Source: Selaginella moellendorffii (Eukaryota; Plantae; Lycopodiophyta). From it: a stretch of DNA of 64,000 nucleotides. The stretch is taken from the NCBI RefSeq assembly GCF_000143415.4, contig NW_003314304.1:1594730-1658729 (forward strand), written 5' to 3'. Shown in pieces: positions 1 through 10,350 of the stretch. How positions within the stretch are numbered: the first letter of the stretch is position 1; each line of letters starts with the position of its first letter. The notes beneath the pieces were generated by a model, which was not told the DNA's origin, did no database searches, and saw only the letters and a list, made by a program, of their open reading frames with translations. The position numbers were made by a program, and so were the translations under genes.

Positions 1-172
1 TCTTGTCAACCGAGAAGACATTTGGATCGAACACCTTGTGCTGCTGGTTCTTGGTATGTAGGATCTGGGTTTTGATTCTCTTGACAACTTTCTTGAGCTG
101 CTTGTAGTCGCAGTACTTCACCCGCCACTCTGGGACGAGCTGGCCCTCCAGCTGCTTCTGGAACTTCACCAT
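1..172 (-). CDS. PHO1: PHO1-family phosphate exporter, 5' end of SPX domain (gene continues beyond window start)
   Basis: ATG at 172 reads [28 protein letters not shown], the typical PHO1 SPX N-terminus; near-identical to 18320-18490. Confidence 0.85.
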   Translation of the reverse strand, partial: MVKFQKQLEGQLVPEWRVKYCDYKQLKKVVKRIKTQILHTKNQQHKVFDPNVFSVDK

Positions 173-1091
173 GTCTGAAAGCTTGGATTACCTGAGGCGA
201 ACATCGTCAGGAAAACGATCAAGCAAGAGATGAAATACCTGGAGGAAATGGTGTCAAGTTCAGAATGCCTCTTCAAACTTTTCTGGCGCCTGTGCTCTGG
301 AAGAACAGTGGCAGTGAGCATATGACGAGACAAATGGTGGCGTGGAATCATCAAATGCATTGTGCTGGGGAGGAGCACCACCAATTCTCACAAGAAAACA
401 GCGTCTTAAGATCATCTCTGGAAAAAAGGGGGAAAACCTTCGTTTCTCACCGAGGCCAACGAACAATTACATAAGAATACGTTTTCCCGAGTGAAACTGA
501 CGCGGCAGAGTGCAAGAGGAGAGAAAAAGCAAGCGATCCATTGGCCTATGGAACTAAAAAAGGAAGCAAAAGGACAGGGAATGCAGGGGAATCTACATGA
601 AAAGAAGCTGTCATAAGTTACACACTTCCACACACTCTCGCACACTTCAACTCTTTTCTTGTCAACACGAGTAATTTATGCGAGCGAAAGGGAATGAAAG
701 AATCATTTGAGCATCTAAAGCATGGAAGGAAGCGAGGCACGTACTCTTTCTGGAAATCACGCTTATGGAGCGTTTTGTTTCGTCGGAGTCCCGATTGCTG
801 GCGCAACCAAACTGAAAGAATCGCAAGCTCAGAACTACGAAAGCAAAGAAAAAACTTACTCTTGAAAGGGGACGAAGAGGAGAAGAATAACCGAAGGAGC
901 CAAGCTTGGAATCGAGAGAGCTTGTCGAGTTCTCGAGGTGAGAGGCCTTTGCTCACTCAAAAACTTGGAGCCTTCTCTCCTTCTGCGAGAGGAAGAGGGA
1001 GCGGGGGGAGTTTGCAATGAAGGTGGTGGTCGCATTTTATACTCTGGTTGGCCGACTAGAGACACACAAGACATGGAAGAATTGAAGCTGA

Positions 1092-1134
1092 CTTTTTAGA
1101 TCTAAAAAGGTCTAAAAAGGTCTAAAAAGGTCTG
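1092..1134. repeat. 18-bp palindrome plus three 10-bp TCTAAAAAGG repeats at the EIN3 truncation point
   Basis: ctttttaga|tctaaaaag palindrome followed by tctaaaaagg repeats, directly abutting the end of EIN3 homology. Confidence 0.8.
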
Positions 1135-1139
1135 AAAGC

Positions 1140-1792
1140 GGCGACGCCACCCCTTTCTCCAGCGGGTACCTCCGCTGGGGTGGATCGCAGTGCTGCATTA
1201 GCGCCGAGAGAAGCGATTCGAGGGTGGTGTCCTGGAGCTCCTGGAGAGTGTGTGGCGTCGGGGCGGCGGCGGTGAGCTGGCCAGCGCCTCCGCCTCGTAC
1301 TTGGCCATGGCGGCGGGGCCGTTCCGATCGAAGCGGACCTTCTCCTTTCACTGTTGTCGCTGGCGCCGCTCACTAGCTTGCCCTTCTCGGGGATGATGCC
1401 ATAGACGAATCCTTGGGCTTTGCAGACCTCCATGAGCATCGCGTCCTGGGCTCACGACATCTTCTTCCGCCGGGCTTGCTCCTGGGATTGCTTGTGCTTG
1501 GGGAGATTGCCCAGATTCTGGTGCTGCGCTGCTGGGCTGCCCATGGCTGCTGTGATTCGAGTGATTCGAGGAGAATGCGTTGTTGACCCTGGCCTTTTGC
1601 TCGTCCTTGATCCGCTTGAGTCACAGCCGATCGTTCGAAATCCTCTTCTCCAGCTCGTCCACGTTCCATGTCGTCGTCAATGAAATCCTCGTGATCCTGG
1701 ACGACCGCCTCGCCCAGGCCTCCATCGTTGTCTCCCACAAGATCCACGTCCAGGCCATAGTAGAGATCCGGGTCGCCGCCGTGGAGCTCCAT
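1140..1792 (-). pseudogene. EIN3: EIN3/EIL transcription factor pseudogene, N-terminal half
   Basis: Motifs [43 protein letters not shown] and [37 protein letters not shown] lie in different frames; stop at 1621; truncated near 1140. Confidence 0.9.
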
Positions 1793-2459
1793 CTTGCGGA
1801 GGAAATATTTCGAGCGCGCGCTGCCGAGAGGAGGGAATATTTCGGAGCGATTACCTCCAATTCGCCATGGAAAGCCGAGGATCGAATGGGAAAAGCGAGG
1901 AAGATCACGGGAAGCAGAGAGAAAGAAGGAAAAAGCTCGATTCAACGCGAGCCCCTTGTGTGATTACCTAGCTCCATCATTGCCCCGTCGACGCGCGCTG
2001 CGCTCGCCGATCGCGCCCGTGACACAGTGGCGCAGCCTTCAAATTCGACACATTGCCCGGGCAAGCGTCACAATCCCAATGCCGCCACCGCTGCGAGGCG
2101 CTGCCAACACGATCAACGAGAATCGATGCCCTAGCGCATCAAGATCCCCGCTTTGCTCGGCGAGAGAGTGAAGAGGAAAGGCGCGGCGCCCCTCGCCATA
2201 GCCAACTACTAGCTAATAGCTATCCATCCAATAGCCGTACAATTCCCCCAGGTCGGGTTTATGACATGGAAGTCCACTGGCTTTTTGACACGTGGCACAG
2301 CTACGTGGACGCCCTTTTCAGCCCTTCCGGCTTACGGCCAATTTGGCTATCTGCCTCAAATTTAGCTAACCGGTTTGTTGCCAGATTTAGCAGCTCCCCG
2401 AATTTAATTCACTTTTGTCCAAGCTGCCAGTTTGTCGGAATCCAGTTTGGGTCATAAAA

Positions 2460-2600
2460 TGGACCACTGGGGGACACCGGGCTCGAACCCGGACCAGCGG
2501 ATGCCGCGCCGCGCCGGACTCGAGCCACGGACCGGCGGTCTCGTCGCCGGACTCGAACCCGCCACCGTACGCTCTACGCCTCCACCGCTACCATACGCCT
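2460..2600 (-). mobile_element. tRNA-derived/SINE-like element with three tandem B-box (T-arm) motifs
   Basis: Minus strand: A-box-like GGCGTATGGTAGCGGTGG, then GGTTCGAGTCC, GGCTCGAGTCC and GGTTCGAGCCC, ending TGGTCCA; no complete cloverleaf seen. Confidence 0.45.
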
Positions 2601-3500
2601 CTCTCTAGTTTATTATACGCCTCCAATCCTTGGTAGTGCTTCCTCATGATCACCTCTACGTGACAACCAACGTACGTGGCGTACGACGTTTGAAACTCTA
2701 TTCATTAGGCTTTGTTAAAGAGAATAAAAGAGAGAACGCCACTGTAGCTAAACCTAGAAATCAAAAACTAAGGGGACGACAATGCTAGTAGTTCTTCTTT
2801 TTTACATCGTGTCATTATTGGTTTGACTCTATAGCTTAGATGCAACACCTTTTCCTCGGGGGGTACCCTAATAATATTCGCTGCCGGAGAATATTCCGGA
2901 ATCGGCCCGGGCAGCCCCCCCTTTAGCTCCCCATGTGTGGCCTTTGTTTTTGTTGCCAGCCAAAGAAAACACATAGAAAGTTTGAAGGAGAGAGAGAGAG
3001 CGCAAAAATCTGAGAGGAGAGAAGGAAATGGCACTGGCTTTGATTGACTTTGCCGCGCTCCACTTCTTTGATCCCTCCATCTCCATCTCGTCCTTTTTCT
3101 TTTTCTACTTGGACTCGGACGATTCGATCCATGTCATGTTTCGCTCGAAGTCGATGGATCACTGCCCGATCACTCCACCACTTCTTGTCGACTGGAAAAG
3201 TCTTTAAATTCCTCTCGCTGATGCGATCAGCACGGCATTAGCCTGAGATCAAGGCCGCGGACCATCCAGCAAAGTCTAAGCTTTTTGCCAAGGATGTGAC
3301 AAGCTAACGTGTTGTCCAGAGCGCTTACAGGTTCCATTGTTTTTTCCATGACAATTCTTTTTCCTCTGGCGACCGGCACGAAAGTCGTCCGAAGCAACCC
3401 AAACTGGAAACAAGATACATGCCCAGTTTCTCGGACAGATTTCTTCAAGCCCGGCAGCACACGGAAGACGAAGAAATTCGTTATAAAATCCACGAGCAAG

Positions 3501-3504
<4 letters not shown>

Positions 3505-3540
<36 letters not shown>
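3505..3540 (+). repeat. (GA)n microsatellite
   Basis: Perfect GA run; shorter allele at ~21882-21903. Confidence 0.95.
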
Positions 3541-3544
<4 letters not shown>

Positions 3545-5343
3545 AAGAACTTTGCCAAGCCCAAAGTCGTTGATGTTAAGCTAGGCCGTGCTTGAAGCGC
3601 GTGATGATGATCATGAAAGTTCCTGTCGAGATGCTCGGTGGATTCTCCGTGTCTCCAGCTAGAGACTTATCGATCAATCCACAGTGTGCGGCAGCCGTCG
3701 TTTCGCTCGATCGCTCCCTCGTTTGCAAAAGCTCGGACTTGACGATCCTTCTCTTTCTGCCATGGATTCCTCCATGAAGAGACCACCGAGCCAAGTTGCG
3801 AGAGTGAGGTTAAGCTGTAGTGATCTTACGGACATCCTCTTTTTGGATTGCTTCCTTTTTTACTCCGCGTATCGTATTGACACTGTTGTAGAAGAAACAA
3901 ACGAGTTTTGGAGGTAGCAACTTCCCTTCCATTTGATTGATACATGAAGAACAAGACATCGCTTGCAAGTGGAAGATCACACGGGAGATGTTTGGAGTCA
4001 AACTGGAACTTTCGTGATTGTTACGAGCACCTCCCCTGAATCCAGCACCACACTATCTATCTGGTAATGTTTCAAAACGAGTAAACTAATCAGTGTTTGG
4101 GAATGAATGTTTGTGCTGCTTGGCCACTTGCACTGCGGCAGTAGAGGAGGATGTTTTGCGGCAACTATACCCGACTAAATCGAAGTACTTTAATTGCAAT
4201 TTGCAAGATCACAAGTACTAGTCCTGAAGAAAAACAGCGAGATGTGCTTATAATCAAGGCATTCTTGCAACGCAAGTGGAAATTCACTATGTTTACCTGG
4301 GCTTTCCGAGGATGCTTCATCTGAATCGCATAGTGTCACCCTGCCATATGAAAAAGACAAGAGAAAAATTCTTATTCACTAGAGTTTGGCAATTTTACTC
4401 TAGTTACTACAATTTTTCCATTGTTGATACTCATTGTAGCTTCATTCAACTCCACACTTTTTTACTTGATTAGAGATGTAAAGTTTTGTGTCATGTTCTA
4501 GAATTTTGTCTATAGTTACAAAACCACAAGCTTATCCATAAATGGATTGATATTACTATAAACAATTAAAGAAAACAACTTGAAAGACGATCAATAGGGT
4601 TCAAATATAGAGGGAAATGGCTCATGAATAAAAATACATTTTATTTTTCAAATGTATTTATTTTTTCAATTGGTTAAAGGTTTTGGGATATTTGGGGTTA
4701 AGTGTCTCTCGGTTGGGTGACTTCCCGGGAATTTCAAATTTAAGAGTTTATAATTACTTCAATGCAAAGGTATAATTTCAACTTCTTTCTCTTCCTTTCA
4801 GCTTCTTTTCTTTGCTTTTCAATATGTAGTGAGTGAAATGCTTTCACTCATAAGTTTTTCATAGATGAGTGAATAAAACTTAATTAACTCTTATAACCTA
4901 TTTTTCCAAAGTTACATTTAAGATGGCTAAGTGAGCAGTGTGACGTGCTCTTACAACCAAGTGAATAGTTTCTTAACTTATGCTAATCAAAATTTGCTCA
5001 CAGATATAATATAAAATAGGTGGGGATGCAATAAATTTATTCATTTCTCTCCTTGAGAAAAATCATTCTTTTACTTCTTGTTAAATATATAGTTTTTGAT
5101 TGTGATGTTCTTCACTTTTTTTGAAGGGTGCAACATATACTCCCTTAGTCAAAGATGCAGTTGTTGATTCCATGTTATAGGTAAAAATTTGATAATTAAA
5201 ATTGTTGCAAGTTTCAATATTAATTTTGGGACCAACTTCTAAAGTTTTACCAAGATTATTTTAAATTAATAAATTCAAAACTTTTTCTTGACAATCATGA
5301 GAAGTCAACACTTCAAGTTAGAAATATCACCAAAGTTAACTTT

Positions 5344-5827
5344 AACCATATAATATCCAATCTCATTACAACCAAAATGTGGCTTAGATTATTCAATAGC
5401 AATCCAAACACTTAACCATATTCATCACTTGGAGATGTAATGATAATTATCAATAGTTTGCTTTAGATATGGCTTTCCAAGGAATTGTTCTCCTAAAAAA
5501 CAATGGCTTACTACTTTTATTCACAATCTTGAAAATTATGCCTTTTATAGGAAACGATGTAAATACAACATACATGATACTTGGAACCATATAATATCCA
5601 ATCTCATTACAACCAAAATGTGGCTAAAATTATTCATTAGCAATCCAAACACTTAACCATATTCATCACTTGGAGATGTAATGATAATTATCAACAGCTT
5701 GCTTTAGATATTGCTTTCCAAGGAATTGTTCTCCTAAAAAACAATGGCTTACTACTTTTATTCACAATCTTGAAAATTATGGCTTTTATAGGAAACGATG
5801 TAAATACAACATACATGATACTTGGAA
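5344..5827 (+). repeat. ~241-bp direct tandem duplication
   Basis: aaccatataatatccaatctcattacaacc...catgatacttggaa starts at 5344 and again at ~5585. Confidence 0.9.
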
Positions 5828-7151
5828 ACTACAAATTTGAAAGATAAGTTTTTTCTCAAAACTCTTTAGATATTATTTATGGTTTTCTTGGAGAAATGTC
5901 ATACAAGTATGTATCACCTTTGCAAAATATGCAAATCTACAGTAATAACATCCTCTATTTATAATACTTATTTTGAGAATGTAGTCTCAACTCATCTCCA
6001 ACATTTCAAATGCAACCACTTATCCTATTATTCTTGTGATCACTACTCTTTGTTGATATCTTGGCTTTCAAAGATAATATATAAATCTCAAGTGGTATTT
6101 GGTTTGGATATTTTAGTTAGTCCAAAGGTGCTACTCTCACTCTTATTACTTTTGGAGCATAAAATCCAAGTATTCTTTCTCTTGCTTTTTTATCTTTGTA
6201 ATACAAACATTGAATCTAAAATTAAGTGGTCACTTGGTAAATACTTAGTACCACAAGGCATTCATAAATGTTTCCATATTAGATATGAAAATGAAATGCA
6301 ATCCATTGTTGATATTTAAGGAGAAGCTATCAATTTTACATAAGGTTACTAACAACTTTGGTGGTATGGTAAACAACTTCTTGCGAGTGAGATTTGTAGA
6401 ATGTAAGTTTTGTAAATGATGCATAGCTGAAAATAATTATAAGAAAAGCTACAATTTTTTTATACCCCTGGCAGCGGTTAGGTGAATTTCTTTTGTGTTT
6501 GGATTGTTTTACTCAACTTACTTGTACAAGCACTAACAAAGCTCTCCTTCAAAAGCAAAAGAGGAAACTCTTGAGATTGTCCAACTGTAAAGAGCAACAA
6601 AATGAACTATAAATTTATAATAACATTTTGCCCAATCTCGACAAAACCATTAATAAATCAAAGTTTTAGCCAAATGTTCATCTATACTTGATAATTTAAC
6701 TCCACTCAATCAATACATAAAGCCCTAAGTTGGACAATGTATTTTTTATCAAGCTGGTCCTCTTTAACAAGTTCCATATATAAATAATATAGTGACTTAC
6801 CCTTTCTTCTTTTGTAAGTTATTGTCTAAAAAGAGTTTATTTCAAATTCACTTATATCTTTCTCTTGAGAAATTACTTAGCTTGGCATAAAATATTAGCA
6901 ACCCAATACTAAATACTAGCCTAAAAATTTGAGAAAAACATATAAACTAGTATATTAATGATAATTTGAAGCTTTTTCTTGCCAATTTACAAGGTATAAT
7001 AAATGATTGAGATGTTGGTTCTCTAGACAAGGATGAGATAAAGATTGGGAGTGAGCTTATGCAAACATCTCTAAGCCAAACTTCTTCATTTGGCTCATAA
7101 ACTTGGTTGAGTTTGCAAACGTTTTGATACAGTTTATTTTTGAATTTTTGC

Positions 7152-8560
7152 TTGTTATGGTAGTGGTGATCGCAACTATCACCATGCTTTCGGCATCTTT
7201 ATAAATGGTTAAATTTTTTTTACTTTAGGATCATCTAAAGGAGTCTCACTCATAATCTCTATAAGCCCTGATATTAATTTGGGTGTTTGTTAACTTTAAG
7301 ATGTGCTCTTGTAACCACATCAACTTTGCACTTAGTCTACATGCTCTATGTGTCCAATTCCACTTTTAGATACCCAAATGGCTAGATAACCTTTTATGAA
7401 GTCCAAATTTTAAAACTTATATTTGGTATTAGAGAAATCTAAGGTGTGACTCTATTAGTTGATTAAAGAAATCACACCATATGTTAAAATTGATATTTAA
7501 TAAGTTTAATTTACTCCAATTTCAACTCAAGGGGTAGGGTGTTAAAAGAGCGGGGCTCTTAGAAAAGCTGCAACTTTCAACTTCCATTTATGAAAGCGTG
7601 AACTTGCAAAAAAGCATGATGGATTATAAACAACCAAAAATAATAACTTAAAAAATTATTAATATTGTTTTAAATATAAAAATGTACCCTTTGTTCCAAT
7701 TAGTTATAAATCATAGGTTATTTGAGATTAAGCATCTTTAAATAGTATTGGGTTAGATGACCTTCTAGAAAGCCTAGATTCAGGAGATTATAGTGCCATA
7801 AATAATATAAGTTAAACTTTGTAAAGAACCTAGCAAAAAAGATAACAATTTAAAATTAAATTGTCATTTTTGTTATGGTAGTGGTGATCGCATGCTTTCG
7901 GCATCTTTATAAATGATTAATTTTTTTTTACTTTAGGATCATTTAAAGGAGTCTCACTCATAATCTCTATAAGCCCTAATATTAATTTGGGTGTTTGCTA
8001 ACTTTAAAATGTGTTCTTGTAACCACATCAACTTTGTAATTGGTCTATGTGTCTAATTCCACTTTTGGATACCCAAATGGCTAAATAACCTTTTATGAAG
8101 TCCAAATTTAAAAACTTATATTTGGTATTAGAGAAGTCTAAGGTGTGACTCTATTAGTTGATTAAAGAAATCACACCACATGTTAAGATTAATATTTAAT
8201 AAGTTTAATTTACTCCAATTTCAACTCAAAGGGTAGGGTGTTAAAAAAGCAGGGCTCTTAGAAGAGCTGCAACTTTCAACTTCCATTTATGAAAGCGTGA
8301 ACTTGCAAAAACGCATGATGGATTATAAACAACCAAAGATAATAACTTAAAAAATTATTAATATTGTTTTAAATATAGAAATGTACCTTTTGTTCCAATT
8401 AGTTATAAATCTTAGGTTATTTGAGATTAAACATTTTTAAATAGTATTGGGTTAGATGACCTTCTAGAAAGCCTAAATTCAGGAGATTATCGTGCCATAA
8501 ATAATATATATTAATGTTTGTAAAGAACCTAGCAAAAAAGAAAATAATTTAAAATTAAAC
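7152..8560 (+). repeat. ~710-bp direct tandem duplication (single copy in unit 2)
   Basis: ttgttatggtagtggtgatcgca...aatttaaaattaaa at ~7152-7860 and ~7870-8559. Confidence 0.9.
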
Positions 8561-9329
8561 AACCTTTTAAAAATGAAATATTTACTAGAATGTTCAAAAT
8601 AAGTATTTAGAAAGCATTTTCATTAGAGCTACTCTCAAGTAACACTTGATGTGTTTCAAATGATTTCATAGTAAAAAATATCTTTATACTTCATTTTTAA
8701 AATAATTATAAATTTTGTTTAATACATATTTTGTATTTTGTAAAAGATGTCTACAGACACTCAAAAACCTTTTGCTATTAAATTATTGTCATTCAAGCAC
8801 TTGCTTATAATAGTTAAAGCACAATACAGTGTTTGGTTTTATGGGATGGCATATATATGTAATTGAGGAGAGTAAACAAATTTCTATATAGAGTTTAGTA
8901 AGTAAATGGAATTGTGAACAATGATAATTTTCATAAGTCTTTAAACTGTAGTTTGTAACATATTTTAGCTAAACATTAATTTAAAGAATAAGTTGAAGTT
9001 GGTAAAGATAATATATAGTTATCTCCTACAATATGTGATGATAAATAATAATTAAGCACTTGTATTTAGTTTTGAAATGCATTACCTCAAAAGGTTTATT
9101 AATATTGATTAACTTCATTCCTAGAATTGTTTTACCAAAGATGCCAAAATAAAAAATGCCACTAATATGAAATCATCTAAGTAGCTTTTCTTTAAAGCAT
9201 TCAATACTAAAACATCAGAATAAATATAAAAATTATTTTAGAGCAATATCCAAAGATACCTCATCAACTTATATCAGGAAATATAGCATAATCATAGTGA
9301 AAATAACATTCTGGCATAGCTACAACAAT

Positions 9330-10350
9330 ATAGAGGACATTTGATTTATCATTGCCTTGCCAAATAGTCTCAAAAATCAATATAATTAATGATTTATTTT
9401 AAATACCCTACATAGTCTTTGTTAAATAAAACTAAAATCATAGATATATTTCAATGTAAAATACCTTTGTAAATCCATATTGTTTTATAATCCAAGGTTA
9501 TAAGATGGATATTAAAATATTTGGTCATGATTGTCTTTTGGTCAATTTCTTTCACAATTTTAGTTTTCATATCGAAATGTCATTAATATGAAATCATTTG
9601 ATGAGTTTTTCCTTCACTTTGATTATTAAAAATTCAACACTGAAATAAACTTGAAACATTAGAATAAACATGAAATAATATTTTAAAGCAATAATGTAAA
9701 CTTACTTCATCAACTTTTCTTACAAAATATAGCCCAATCATTCCAAAGACATATAGTAATAATTATATAAAGTATGTTCATTTATCTTCATCTTTCCAAA
9801 CTACCTCGTAAAAATATATATTGATGATCTACTTTAGAATGGTGTTTGTTAGATAAAACTAAAAACTTAAATGTTAAATACCTTTGCAGATCCATATTTT
9901 TCTTTCATCCAGGATTATGGGATGAAGAGCAAAATATATAATTAATGATTTACTTTAAATGCCTTACATAGCCTCTGTTAGATAAAACTAAAAGCATGGA
10001 TATATTTCAATATAAAATACCTTTATAAATATATATTGTTTTATCATCCAAATTATGGGATAAAAAATAAAATATATGGTATCTTTTCCTTCTCTTAAAA
10101 TATTAGATATTCAACACTGAAATAAACTTGAAACATTAAAATAAACAGGAAAGAATAATTTGGAGTTATAATACATACTTACCTCATTAACTTCAGCTAC
10201 AAAATAGACCTGAATCATACCAAAGATATATAGTAATAACTATGTAAAGCATATTTATTTACCTTCGTTTTGTTAAACCACCTCATAAAAATATAGATTA
10301 ATGATCTGCTTTAGAATGGTGTTTGTTAAATAAAATAAAAAACTTAAATG
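9330..10350 (-). repeat. Degenerate tandem copies of the ROCO CDS 3' end and 3' flank
   Basis: aaatacctttg(c/t)a(g/a)a(c/t)ccatatt, the last ROCO codons (10353), recurs at ~9459, ~9876 and ~10014. Confidence 0.75.

Larger units (their letters stand above)
4380..9100. mobile_element. AT-rich, highly degenerate repeat region, probable LTR-retrotransposon relics
   Basis: No intact ORF; ~4390-5340 recurs at ~22380-23310 and independently at ~37560-38200, so it is dispersed; the retroelement identity is weakly supported. Confidence 0.4.

Noticed and set aside
2460-2600. Functional tRNA gene
   Set aside because: Three B boxes and no anticodon arm or acceptor stem that I could fold; reported as tRNA-like only.
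3810-4001. Minus-strand ORF with MSCSSC resembling an HMA metal-binding motif
   Set aside because: No ATG start or further HMA-fold residues recognised, and the segment is deleted in unit 2; probably chance.
5879-6319. 146-aa ORF
   Set aside because: AT-rich low-complexity translation inside degenerate repeat DNA; no recognisable motif.
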